Assembly: GCF_006345805.1 (NCBI RefSeq)
Contig: NC_043008.1
Coordinates: 9,486,001 to 9,550,000 of the forward strand
Source: Octopus sinensis
Taxonomy: Eukaryota
DNA: 64,000 nucleotides
Direction of reading: 5' to 3'
Shown: positions 1-12,939 of the stretch, one piece after another
Position numbering within the stretch: position 1 is the first letter of the stretch
Layout: each line of letters starts with the position of its first letter
The notes under the pieces: model-generated
What the model saw: the letters and a program-made list of their open reading frames with translations, nothing else
The model's database searches: none
Told to the model about the DNA's origin: nothing
Made by a program: the position numbers and the translations under genes

Positions 1-1777
1 GAAAATATGCAAAAAACAAAAACTTGAATATTTTTGGTATGAAACACAGTTAATACAGAAAATATTTGGCCTTCTTGTAGATGACAAAACTACCACCTAC
101 AGCTGCTGCAGATGTTACAAGTACTACTAAGAGGTTACTTTATTACATTAGTGTTACGTTGTTCTAATTTAATTCTGTTCTGACTAAGTATCGAACTAAG
201 TTTAGTGACTCTGCTTTCTTTCGTGTGTTCACCTTGTGTCCTCTTAAAGTGAACTTATGACTGCCTTCTTTGCACATATATCTTTAGGTTCTGCATTTTT
301 TTTAATCAGCGTGCATTTTTGAGTATATATTGCTCAAAAATCAATGGAAATTGTAGTTGTGATACCAGTGCCAGTGGCACGTAAAAGAACCATCCGAACA
401 TGGCTGTTGCCAGCACCGCCTCGACTGGCCTCCATGACGATGGCATGTAAAAAGCACCAACTGATCGTGGCCGGTGCCAGTTGTGCCGGTGGCATGTAAA
501 AAGCACCCAGTACACTCACAGAATGGTTGGTGTTAGGAAGGGCATCCAGCGGTAGAAGCACTGTCAGATCAGACTGGGCCTGGTGCAGCCTCCTGGCTTC
601 CCAGACCCCAGCATGGAAAGCGGACGTTAAATGATGATGATAATGATGATGATGATTGCGTTGTATTTGCTTACATATTGACTCCATTATTGGCTTGCAT
701 TCGAGTAATGTAATCCAAGTTAATAATTCTGTATTAAAACATAACAATTAGGTAGTTCAAATAGCAATTTTGAGGGACCTTTACTTGAGGGGTCCTCAAT
801 TTGGAAACAGCTGGGAATTGACCCAGAAGATACCTGGCTACAAAACTGAAGCAAATTGTGATACTACTTAGAAACTTATCTTTTGATTCCATAAAATGAA
901 TCAAAGAAATATAGAGCAGAATTCTTTAACTACAAGAAGGTAGAAAAACTAACAGGAACCTTGTGAAAATAGCAGAGTGCACAGCTTGTTCTGTATCAAA
1001 GAAATGATCAAAAGCCGGAATAAATTTGGATTATGGAATAAGATGTAATGTGTTAATTTGACAGATGAGATCGACGCTTTGAATGGAACCTTTTCTCAAA
1101 CAAAGAACTTTCACTATTTAGCCTTTTCCTTTGTTGCCCTGAGTTCAAATCCTTGCTGGGTCAACTTTAACTTCTATCACTCAAGGGGTAATCAAATGAC
1201 TACCACGAATAAGTTGAAGGTTGAATCAATTCGTCTCCATCCATAGAAAAGTGGCTTAGAGCCGAGTCAATAGAAATCAATAAGCTGCAAAGAATGGTGA
1301 TGGATGGAATCAGATGGAAATCACGGAATAATAAATGTTATGTATGATGTTTGATTATAAATATCGAATGTGTTGATCTGGTTCTTCCAAGGGATATACA
1401 CTCAGACATTTAGTCTCTACAAGAAAGAGAATGAAATTGTCATCATATGGCAAATTGGCTGAAGATTCTTGCAGGAATTACTGGATAGGGAATGGTGAGA
1501 TGGTGGATTTCGTGCAGACAGAAGGAGGATGGCTCGTGGCAAGTTAGGTTGGCGCCACAAACATTAAAAACTATTTATTAATACAATAAATCTTAGATTG
1601 GATTTTTGTGTTTGTGTGTGTATAAGAGGAAGAGTGTGAGAGAGAGAGAGAAAGGGTGAGAGAGAGAGAAAAAGAGATAGAGTGCTAGTGTGTATATATG
1701 TCTGCATCTGTGCATGCGTGTGTGTACTCAGATACTTTGTTTGCATGAGTGTGTGTGTGAATATGAGAGAGAGCATA

Positions 1778-1832
<55 letters not shown>

Positions 1833-4800
1833 ATGTGAGTGTGCATGATGAGTGTATGTGTGTGTGTACTCAGATTCTCTGCTTGCATGAGTGTGTGTGT
1901 GTGTAAGAGAGAGAGAGAGAGAGTGTGTGTGGGTAGGTGTGCGTGAATATGAGAGAGAGCATATGTGTGGTGAGAGAGAGAGAGAGAGTGTGTGTGTGTG
2001 TGAGAGAGAGAGAGAGAAAAAGAGAGAGAGTGTTAGTATGTGTATATATGTCTGAATCTGTGCATGTGTGTGTGTACTCAGATACTTTGCTTGCACGAGT
2101 GTGTGTGTGTGAGTGTGTGTGAGTGTGTTTGTGTGTGTGTGTGTAAGAAAGAGAGAGTGTGGGTAGGTGTATGTGAATATGAGAGAGAGCTTTTGTGTGT
2201 GTGTGACAGAGAGAGTGTGTGTGTGAGTGCACATATGAGTGTGTGTGTGTGTGTGCTCAGATACTTTGCTTGTGTGTGTCTTTTCAGAGATTTTCTCCAG
2301 TCTGACTACTGCGTCTCTTTATATTATCAATGTATTTATTTGTGCATGTATCTTTATAGGTTGTGTGTGTGTGTGTATGTGTGTGTCTGTGCGCCTGTGT
2401 GTGTGTGTGTATCATTACACATGTGTATGCTTATGTTTCTACATGAACATACGCACATGTTTGGCATCTAAACATGTAAGTGGTATTGAAATACCTCCAC
2501 AGTGTTGATGTTCACTTTTTGGATGTAGTAACAAGAAGCTTATATACAGATTTCACAGTTGTTCGTATGTATATGATAGAGACAGAGCTTCAAGTGAAAA
2601 CTGTAGACATCTTCTGTCAGCAGTTGGAAGAAAACCAGGAAATAGTGTCTGACTGGTATTTCGTTTAGAAATTCTAGAAAGATAGTGGCTGTGTGATAAG
2701 CAGCCTGCTTACCAACCGCATGATCCTGGATTCGGTCCCACTGTGTAGCACCTTGGGCAAGTTTTCTACTATAGCCTTGGGCCAACCAACTCTTGTTAAC
2801 GTTGACTGTTCTTTTATTCTTTTACTTGTTTTATTTGACTACAGCCATACTGGAGCACCGTCTTTAGTCAAGCAAATCGATGCAAGGACTTATTCTTTGT
2901 AAGCCTAGTACTTATTCTATTGGTCTCTTTTGCCAAATTACAGGGACATAAACACACCAACATCGGTTGTCAACTGATTTTTGGAGGACAAACACAGACA
3001 CACAAATATATACACACACATACATATATATATACATATACGACGTGCTTCTTTCAGTTTCCATCTACCACATCCACTCACAAGGCTTTGGTCCTCTCGA
3101 GGCTATAGTAGAAGACACTTGCCCAAGGTGTCACACAGTGGAACTGAACCCAGAACCATGTGGTTCGTAAGCAAGCTACTTACCACACAGCCACTCCTAT
3201 GCCTAATGATGCTAAGCATTTTATCCGGTAGGCTAAACATAAAAGATTGCCTGAAATTTTCTTGGATGCTTTACCCTTCACCCCTCACCCTCACATTTTA
3301 GATAAATACCATCTACACATAAACAATAACCTATCAAACCCACATTACAAGGATCAATCAAACCCACATTACAAACAACCTTTTTTTTTAAGATACTTAA
3401 TTTTTCTTATGACATGGATATTTTTCAATCAATTACATGGAGACAAAGCAGAAAAAATAAGACAAATCTCCCAAAATGCAGTTTCCTTTTCTTTCCATTA
3501 ATATTTTCCTAGAAAACATACACCAACCATTCTTTGTGCAACTGCCTACTCAACTATTCCTACATAAATAAATACAAAAGAAACCATGGGAACTCAGGTC
3601 TTTTAATGGATATCACTTCACATGGCTTCTACAAGCATTAATTCTCAGTTTCAAAGTTGGAAATGTAATCCATGTTTCGAAAATAGCAGTTTGGTGTCTC
3701 CAAGACACAAAGTGGTATGACCATTCTACTTCATTTCTCAACGTCACTTTATTACGTTTTCTCACTCCACCACACCTCCTGACCCCAGATTCAGTTTCTC
3801 TTTCCCATAAATTACTTTGTTTATAAAATACATACCAGTGAATATCTGTGTATATTTGAATCTTCCCTCTCTCTCTCTCTTTCGGAGAGGCACTGAGCAC
3901 CTACACGCACACAAAACACACGGCAGTAACTTCCACCTACCGAATTCAATCACAAAGCTTTGGTCGACTCGGGGCTATAGTGGAAGACACGTACCCAAAG
4001 TGCCACACAGTGGGACTGAACCCGAAACCATGTAGTTGGGAAGCAAGCTCCCTAACCACACAGCCATGCCTGTGCCTACAAAAAATGTATGTACATATAC
4101 GCAACGCTATGCGTGTGGCAAGTTTTCTATGGCCGGATGCCCTTCCTGACGCCAACCCCCACCTGTTCTGAGTATATATTATCATCATCATCATCACCAT
4201 CTTCCTTGCTGGTTTGAGTCAAATGGCTTAACAGGATCCAGTGAACCAAAAGACTGCATCATACTCCAGTATCTGCTTTGGTATGGTTTCTATGGCCGGA
4301 TGCCCTTCCTAATGCCAACAACTTTACAGAGTTTAGTGAGTGGTTTTTTTTTTTCTGCGATACAGATACCAGAAAAGTCACCATGTCATTTGCAAGACAA
4401 AGGAAAGAAAAGCCACCTCAGCTGAGTGGGACTGTAGTAGAGGCAGGGGTGGTTTTATGCCCGATGGGGGAGAGGCTAAAGTGTGACAGAGGGATAGATA
4501 CAGATGTGTTGCTGTCGCACATCATATAAAAATTGGTTGGAGGAGCTGGATAGAAAAGAAGACAAAAATGCTGGTGATGAGGTGACAAAGTGTCTCCTTA
4601 AGATACAAAGTGAGTATAAGAGTACAGACCAAGGATTGTAGGGGGTGGATAAATTCATTGAAGTTTGTGAGTAAAGTGACAGGTGGTTAGAGATGTGCCA
4701 GTTGAGATATGGAAAATGGGAGTAATTCCCTTTTTTTAGTTGGGTCTCCCAAAGTTTTAGTTTCCATTCAAATGCATTAAGATATCCAAACATTTGAAAT

Positions 4801-5114
4801 AGGATCTATTTCCATCCTTGCAGCTCAAGATTCAATGTGTTCATGTATGTCATATATGTCAACTAGGAATGCTAGCTTGACAACCCATTGTGGATCCCTT
4901 ACGAAAGAAGCATCATATTCTTCAAAAATAAGGCATTCTCCTCTCTCAGTAAATAAAAATGTGTGAGCATTTCGCCTCAACTTAGCCAAAGAATATTGCA
5001 GAAATAAGTCAGGTCACCATACTCAGCCTCTGGTTAAGGAACTCCCAAAACTGGTGGTGATTGAGACCTCTTGATAGGATGAAATTCACTGATTTCACAA
5101 CAACTGTCATGATA

Positions 5115-5350
5115 CCTATTTCTTTACTACCCACAAGGGGCTAAACACAAAGAAGAAAAACAAGGACAGACAAACGGATTAAGTCGATTAGATTGACCCC
5201 AGTGCGTAACTGGTACTTATTTAATCAACCCCGAAAGGATGAAAGGCAAAGTCGACCCCGGCGGAATTTGAACTCAGAACGTAACGGCAGACGAAATACG
5301 GCTACACATTTCACCCGGCGTGCTAACGTTTCTGCCAGCTCGCCGCCTTA
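5115..5350 (-). mobile_element. SINE-B copy inserted in the hAT element with a 15-bp target-site duplication
   Basis: ACAACTGTCATGATA at 5100-5114 and 5361-5375; tRNA-like head GGCGGCGAGCTGGCAGAAACGTTAGC. Confidence 0.85.
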
Positions 5351-5436
5351 GGGTATCATGACAACTGTCATGATATCCTTGAATCGGAGTGTCTTTGCAC
5401 ACAAAGCGTCTTGATGTATAATGCAATGCAACTTAA

Positions 5437-5657
5437 CCCTTTCGTTACTGTATTTCTGTTGAGATGCTCTGTGTTTCTTTCTATTATTTTATATATAACA
5501 AAGAATTTAGTAAAATAAATTAGTTATCATTCAGCTTGTATTAGGAACATAAATTGTGACTAAGGTTTGGTGAAAGATTTTAATTCAAAACTTATGAAAA
5601 CAAGACATTTGTACTACAGAGCCAGAGCCGGTTTCAGCCGGGTTGGTAATGAAAGGG
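5437..5657. mobile_element. piggyBac-type MITE, 221 bp
   Basis: TTAA|CCCTTTCGTTAC...GTAATGAAAGGG|TTAA (TIR 11/12, TTAA duplication); removing it restores the hAT frame ...QTLFK-LHCIIHQ. Confidence 0.9.
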
Positions 5658-7875
5658 TTAAACAGTGTCTGCTGTTCACCAACCTGTTCTTAAAGTAAAG
5701 ATACCACACCTTTTTTCTCACCAATCATTGCTGGTGCTCCATCAGTGGTCACCCTACCCAGCTTTGATAAGTCAAAGTTAGACTGAATCCCCCAATTCAT
5801 GAGGCTGTTGTATAAATCTGATCTGGTAGTTGTTTTTTGCAAAGAGATGACTTGTGCAAATTCTTCCACAATGTTAAAGGTCGGAATATCACTCCTCACA
5901 AAAACTGCCAGTTGGCAAGTATCTGTCATATCAATAGTTTTGTCGATACCAATTGAAAAATATTCAAGACTTTGTAATATACCTCCCAAGCTTCTCCTGA
6001 CATCGACCACCATTTCTTCAAATCTTCGCATGACTCTTCTCAAGGACAAATTGATTTCAGAAAATAAATCCTTTTTTTTTTCTGGACATATAACTTCCAT
6101 TACTTTCATCATATATTCCTTGAAGAATTCACCATTGCAGAATGGCTTCATTCTTTCTACTCTCAGCCTTGAAACTTCATAACTGGCATGGCTGCTTCTG
6201 TCATTTTCTTCAATCTTAAAAGTGAAGAAAGAAGACAGCTTAAAGAAAATTGTTTTTTCAGCCTTGCTACTTCATCTTCTTGCACCATTCCAAGGAGACT
6301 ATTTAAATTGTTATGACAAACCTCATAATTATGTTTGATATTCAGAACCTTCTTAACTTCTTTTGTTTCTCGGCAAATTAAACACACATATTTGCCAAAG
6401 TGTTCGATGAAGAAGTTCAGTGTCCATGAATTGTTGAAAGCCCAATGTTCAAAATCAATCTTCCTTTTCTTGTTTTCATCATCATCATCATCATCATCAT
6501 CATCGTTTAACGTCCGTTTTCCATGCTAGCATGAGTTGGACGGTTTGACCAGGGTCTGGGAAGCCAGGAGGCTGCACCAGGCTCCAGTCTGATCTCTAGC
6601 AGTGTTTCTACAACTGGATGCCCTTCTTAATACCAACCACTCCGTGAGTGTAATGGGTGCTTTCTACATGCCACCGGCACAGGTGCCAGGGGAGGCTGAC
6701 AACGGCCCATGGCGTTAATTTGGTCAGCAAAAATCTGGGAACATAAAACAAAACAAATACTAATTGTTTGACAAAAATAGACAGAAATATTATATTAGAA
6801 TTCAGTTTCTTAAATTAACCCGGATAATAGTGAGGATTAATGGGCAAAACCATGCTAGCTGACAAAATTTTCATGACTATTATCAACTACCATTGTTCTG
6901 CAGAAAAAGTATATTATTTTTTCATGAAAAATATAAACATGGACATTTTTCTTAACACTTCATTTTATTTAATTTATTATTAGTAAATTATTATTAAATT
7001 AGCACACCATGTTATTATTAAATTAGCGTTATTATTAAATCAATATACAAGCAATTGTTCATGCATCCACCCCTGCCTGAAAAAAATCACATTGTTGATA
7101 AAGTTTTTTCAATGTTTTTATTTTACCGGTAAAAATTATTTTTGTCTTTTATACTATCAGGGCCTGTATGGGGGCGCTGCTGTCTGACAACTCACTATGT
7201 ATTGAGTGTGAATCTGTATGCACGTTTTTCACACAATAATTGCTGTGCAATTATTTTCAATTAAATCCAAAAAAAAAAGGTGTCGAAAAATAAATGTTAA
7301 TGAAGGTTATTCTGGACCTGCCAAAAATGCTCCACGGGCCAGATTAAAATGCTTGGCGGGCCAGGGTTTGCCGGGTCCTGAACTAAATCCTCTACCTATC
7401 ATAATGGAGGTCTTCTGAATGGCCTTTTTTGATCCCTTGGATAGCACTTGGCAACTGAATGCATTCACTTGTTGTCTGTGAACCTTACAATATATCTGGT
7501 CCATCAGAACTTCCATTCTGTATTCTGTGATCATGTTGCTCACTCCACTCCATTCTGGAAATATTTCATTTTGGATGTGTTCTCACAATTATATTCCTAG
7601 AATGGATCTTTCAATAGAAAATATATAAATGTAAGATAGACAGATGGATGTGTCACGAGTCTGGAAAAAGCAAAAGGTGTGAAAGTAACAGATGGTAAAG
7701 GATTCATTCAAAAGCAAAGAATGTGCTTCGAAAATCGTTTCCAGCCAATTATCTTCTTCACAAATTGGATTTCAGAACATTAAACTCTCAGTAAATGCCA
7801 CCCTGAAGATAATCCAGTCCTATGCTCTCACAAATGCTAGTGAAGACGATGATGGGGAAGAATTTTATCGAGGTG

Positions 7876-8046
7876 TAGGAGTGGCTGTGTGGTAAGTAGC
7901 TTGCTTACCAACCGCATGGTTCCGGGTTCAGTTCCCCTGCGTGGCACCTTGGGCAAGTGTCTTCTACAATAGCCTCGGGCTGACCAAAGCCTTGTGAGTG
8001 GATTTGGTAGACGGAAACTGAAAGAAACCCGTCGTATATATGTATG

Positions 8047-8081
<35 letters not shown>

Positions 8082-8316
8082 GTATGCTTGTGTGTATGCT
8101 TGTGTGTCTGTGTTTGTCCCCCCCAACATCGCTTGACAACCAATGCTGGTGTGTTTACGTACCCGTAACTTAGCGGTTCAACAAAAGAGACCGATAGAAT
8201 AAGTACTAGGCTTACAAAGAATAAGTCCTGGGGTCGATTTGCTCGATCGACTAAAGGCGGTGCTCCAGCATGGCCACAGTCAAATGACTGAAACAAGTAA
8301 AAGAGTAAAAGAGTAA
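7876..8316 (+). mobile_element. SINE-A, full-length example of a tRNA-headed SINE with an internal TA/TG microsatellite and (GTAAAAGA)n tail; about 20 whole or partial copies in the window
   Basis: A-box-like TGGCTGTGTGG, B-box-like GGTTCAGTTCC, CORE-like ACCTTGGGCAAG. Other copies near 2683+, 2815-, 3925-, 9060+, 29205+, 29980+, 32285-, 34365-, 35195+, 37425+, 38125+, 42085+, 47615+, 48745-, 50280+, 50660+, 55040-, 63660-. Confidence 0.85.
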
Positions 8317-8419
8317 GAGCTAAAGAAAGTGCCGGCTTAAACACACACACACACACTTATACAATAATTAACACACATTTTCATTCCAAACTTACATTCT
8401 ACGCTTTTATTCTTTTCAG

Positions 8420-8463
8420 AAACCTAGGAAAATCTGGATTACGAGTGTCAAATGTTGGATTTG
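8420..8463 (+). CDS. KCNAB: Kv-beta (KCNAB/Hyperkinetic-like) coding exon a, 44 bp: (R)NLGKSGLRVSNVGF(G)
   Basis: ttttcag|A AAC CTA GGA AAA TCT GGA TTA CGA GTG TCA AAT GTT GGA TTT G|gtaagt; NLGKSGLRVS is the Kv-beta core start motif. Confidence 0.95.
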
Positions 8464-8905
8464 GTAAGTTGTTATTATTTTAGTGTTTTATTTCCATAAA
8501 TAGTTACAGTGCTTTCTCTTTTTGTAGGAATTTCATTATAAAACATTTTTTATATACATGCTGTGTTTAAAAATACAACAAATATTGTTGGGAGGTGAAT
8601 ATTGTCCTACGCTGTGAAAACATTGCACTGACAAGACATAACCAGGCTGAAATGCATCTTGCCAGCTACCAATGGGATGGTTCTAGGTTCAGTTTCCAAT
8701 CCTGGAATCTTCTTTCTAATATCTTTATAGACTAATATATGTCAATACATGGGAATAGAACTGTTTACACATTATGTTAAAGAATAAAATTTGTTTTATT
8801 CGAGCCAAAAAGATATCTATATAAATATTTAACACATTTTCAACTCTTTCCCATTATTGTTTTTACACACACACACAGGCATTAATATATGTATATCTAT
8901 CTATC

Positions 8906-8938
<33 letters not shown>

Positions 8939-9442
8939 ATATATACACATTTATATAAACATATAAATTTATATATGTGTGTGCATATAATATATATATA
9001 TATGTATATATATATGGGAGTAGGTGTGTGGAGGTGCAGGAGTAGGTGTGTGGAGGTGCAGGAGTAGCTGTGTGGTAAGTAGCTTGCTTACCAACCACAC
9101 AGTTCCGGGTTCAGTCCCACTGTGTGGCACCTTGAGCAAGTGTCTTCTACTATAGCCTCTGGCCAACCAAAGCCTTGTGAGTGGATTTGGTAGACAGAAA
9201 CTGAAAGAAGCCCGTCGTATGTATGTTTATATATATCAGCCAAAACGTGTTATCAACAAACAAGATGAGGACAAATATCCATCAAATGTAAATAATGTAA
9301 TAAACAGGTGAAGAACAAATATATATAGTGTGTGTTTATTTGGCAATAAAAATATGACCATCCCAAATACAACAATTGTTTCAACACACGACTTCACATC
9401 AGGAATCTTGTAACACAAATTTATAAATGTGTGTGTAAACAC

Positions 9443-10270
9443 GCATGTGGAAGCACTCCGTCGGTTACGACGACGAGGTTCCGGTTGATCCGAATCAATG
9501 GAACAGCCTGCTCGTGAAATTAACGTGTAAGTGGCTGAGCACTCCACAGACACGTGTACCCTTTAACGCAGTTCTCGGGGATATTCAGCATGACGCAGAG
9601 AGTGACAAGATCGGCCCCTTGAAATACAGGTACAACAGAAACAGGAAGTAAGAGTGAGAGAAAGTTGTGGTGAAAGAGTACAGCAGGGATCACCACCATC
9701 CCCTGCCGGAGCCTCGTGGAGCTTTTAGGTGTTTTCGCTCAATAAACACTCACAACACCCGGTCTGGGAATCGAAACCACGATCCTATGACGGCGAGTCC
9801 GCTGCCCTAACCACTGGGCCATTGCGCCTCCACCCTTTGAAATACAGGTACAACAGAAACAGGAAGTAAGAGTGAGAGAAAGTTGTGATGAAAGAGTACA
9901 GCAGGGATCACCACCATCCCCTGCCGGAGCCTCGTGGAGCTTTTAGGTGTTTTCGCTCAATAAACACTCGCAACGCCCGGTCTGGGAATCGAAACCACGA
10001 TCCTATGACGGCGAGTCCGCTGCCCTAACCACTGGGCCATTGCGCCTCCACCCTTTGAAATACAGGTACAACAGAAACAGGAAGTAAGAGTGAGAGAAAG
10101 TTGTGGTGAAAGAGTACAGCAGGGATCACCACCATCCCCTGCCGGAGACTCGTGGAGCTTTTTAGGTGTTTTCGCTCAATAAACACTCGCAACACCCGGT
10201 CTGGGAATCGAAACCACGATCCTATGACCGCGAGTCCACTGCCCTAACCACTGGGCCATTGCGCCTCCAC
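9443..10270 (-). mobile_element. SINE-C (tRNA-like head) with three tandem 218-bp head modules and one 3' tail
   Basis: GAAATACAGG recurs at 9621, 9839 and 10057; head GGCGCAATGGCCCAGTGGTTAGGGCAGCGGACTCG...GGTTTCGATTCCC. Confidence 0.9.
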
Positions 10271-10789
10271 AAACATGCATGTATGTATGCCTGTATATAT
10301 TTGACACTTATAATTAAGGAAAGCTTCTCACTCATTCATGTGTTTCATATCCTTTTACATATTTCCCCAGTTTTCATGAGACTCGCTGATGTTCTTCTGC
10401 TTGTTGCCTGTTTTTGATTTCCTCTTCCCATTTCTATTTACTACCTAACACTAACACTTCAGTAACGAGCACAGCTGCACAATAGAACAAATCCCTGCTA
10501 CTCGTTAACTTATGTACTTTTATCTTTCTACAAATCTAATTAAATGTTCTCACTGTGATATTTAATCTGTTGCGAGATGGCAAAATCAATAGTGTTAAAC
10601 AAGTACCTTGTCGTATTTAATTAATTCCTTTAATTGTTCATATTTCAAAACCTGATGACTTTTACATTGATTTCATACCATTAGAGTTTATAAATAAGTA
10701 CCAATCACATACAAGGGGTCAATTAACCAATTATAACTTCTGCCAAAATTTGCAGCCTTTGGCATTTACATGAAATAAAATTATTGTTG

Positions 10790-11156
10790 AAAGGCATCAA
10801 TGACAGAATCGTTGGAGCTATAGAGAAATTGCCTTATAGCATCTTACACTATTTAGTTAATTGATTCTATGTTCTGAGTTCAAATTTAACCGGTGTTGAC
10901 TTTGCCTTTCATCCTTCCAGGGGGCAATAAAATTAAAACTCGTTAATACTTGGGTTGTTTTAATCAGATAACCTCTCCTCACAAATTTAAAGCCTTGGGT
11001 TCCAATGTTAGCAATTATCATTATTTTATCTTTCATCCTTTAGGGGTTGGGGAAATAAGTACGAATTGAATATTGGGGGTCAATGTAATCAAACTAGCCT
11101 CTCCCCTACCAAACTTCAGGCTTTGTCCCTATTATAGAAAAGATTATTATTATTAC

Positions 11157-11204
<48 letters not shown>

Positions 11205-11292
11205 GTTCACAGGCATATGGCAAAGTGGTTAAGAGTGCAGGATACTAACCCCAAGATTCCAAGTTCGATCCCAGGCAGTAACCTGAATAATG

Positions 11293-11335
<43 letters not shown>

Positions 11336-12090
11336 CATCGAAAATGTTAGGATTGAGAACCCAGGTTTGAAATTTCCCCACAACACCTGATGAAGGCTGG
11401 AGGGTATATCAGCCAAAATGATGTGTTATAACAACAAGCAAAATGAGTACAAATATCCGTCAAATGTAAATAATGTAAATAATTCCTCGTCTGTCTTTAC
11501 ATCTTGATTTCAAACTCTCCTGAGGTCAACTTTACCTTTCATCCTTTCAGGTTCGATGAAATAAGAACCAGTTAGACACTAGGGTCAATGTAATCAACTT
11601 GCCCCTCCCACCAAATTTTGAGCCTTGTGCCTATAGTAGAAATTATTATTATTATTATTATGATTATTATTATTATTATTATTATTAGTAGTAGTAGTAG
11701 TAGTATTAAAATGGTGAGCTGGCCAAAACAGTAGCACACAGAGTGAAATGCTTAGCAGTATTTCATCTGTCTTTACATTCTGAGTTCAAAATTCTGCCGA
11801 GGTTGACTTTGCCTTTCATTCTTTTGGGGTTGGTAAATTAAGTACCAGTCATGTACTTGGGTCAGTCTAATTGACTGGCCCCTCTCCCCCAAAATTTCGG
11901 GCCTTGTGCCTAGAGTTGAAAAGATCATTATTATTATTGTTATTATTAAAATGGTGAGCTGGCAGAATCGTTAGCACACCAATCAAGATGCTTAGAGGCA
12001 TTTTGACTGCCTTTACGTTCTGAGTTCAAATTCTGCTGTGGTCAACCTTGCCTTTCATCCTCTCGGGGCCAATAAAATAAGTACCATGTC
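10790..12090 (+). mobile_element. Cluster of about five head-to-tail SINE-B copies separated by (ATT)n
   Basis: Repeated GTTCTGAGTTCAAATT...GACTTTGCCTTTCATCC...AAGTACCAG units. Further SINE-B copies at about 1060, 18000, 27170, 27400, 36085, 39680, 46878, 52070, 52900 and 61855. Confidence 0.8.
11212..11480 (+). mobile_element. Composite repeat: tRNA-like head, (AAT)n, then a decayed hammerhead-like module
   Basis: TGGCAAAGTGG (11218) and GTTCGATCCC (11263); CTGATGA at 11387 followed by a GGCTG/CAGCC stem. 3' part also found at 9236-9305 and 62680-62740. Confidence 0.65.
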
Positions 12091-12463
12091 ACCCAAAACA
12101 CACATACAGTGTGATTCACAATTCTTCTGTAAGTTCATTTATGCCCAGCTACTTCATAACTAAAGGGTGTTGCTCTTGTGATCGCATGATCCTTGTTCTA
12201 ATTCCTGCACTGAGTGGTACATTGTATTCTTGTGCAAAACTCTTCATTTCAAGTTGATCCAGTCCATTCATCTGTACAGGAGTAACCCTGGACATCATCA
12301 TCATCATCAACAACAACAACAACAACAACAACAGCATCCCATTCAGAGCGAAATGTTGTGACCTTGGTCATTTAAAAATGCCATGGAAACTGGGAGACTG
12401 GCCTTATGAGTCCTGAGACTCAAGTCAGTGATGTCCAGGGGTTGTTGTTGCTGTTGATGATGT

Positions 12464-12494
<31 letters not shown>

Positions 12495-12939
12495 GGTGGT
12501 GGTGGTGGTGGTGGTGGCAATTATGATGATGACAACAATACTTTAATGATGATGATGATGAATATGACGATGATGATGATGTTGTTGATGACTACGATGA
12601 TGATGATGATGATGATGATGATAGTGTTGATAATGCTGATGATGATCATCATGAGATGATGATGATGGGGGCTGAGTTGCACCGTTACTTTTAATTAAAC
12701 ATTTTTCATGTCCTGCTTGTGGCTGAAGCTGTGCAGCAATGATTGAGAAATTTGGTCATGAAAGGATTCGCAGATAAAAGAGGAAATGGTCCCTCTCCTT
12801 TGTCTGGTTCAATGGACAGCCACAGGCAAGCATCAGTAAGCCTTTGAGAATGCGGGCGTTTGGAATGAAGAATGTTTGGAATACACAAGTCCATGGGCCA
12901 TAAAGTTTGGAAGGTGTGTGTGAGTGTGTGTGTGTGTGT

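Larger units (their letters stand above)
4500..7380 (-). mobile_element. Decayed hAT DNA transposon (SPIN/Charlie/GTF2IRD2-like transposase) interrupted by three younger insertions
   Basis: Minus-strand pieces: KKRKIDF...CLICRE (BED finger), PFCNGEFFKE...FSIGIDKTIDMTDTCQL...VTTDGAPAM, LHCIIHQDALCAK, VNFILSRGLNHHQF, LAFLVDI, KLKLWETQLKKGN. Terminal sequence GGGCCAGATTAAAATGCTTGGCGGGCC...CCTG ends at 7380. Stops and frameshifts present. Confidence 0.9.

Noticed and set aside
81-120. Possible upstream Kv-beta exon (cttcttgtag|...TAC AA|gtacta), which would give YK-NLGKSG
   Set aside because: The donor is weak and the peptide (DKTTTYSCCRCY) resembles no Kv-beta N-terminus I know; RNA-seq is needed
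11212-11290. Real tRNA gene here or at the SINE-C heads
   Set aside because: A and B boxes are present but the acceptor stems do not pair, and each head is fused to a repeat body
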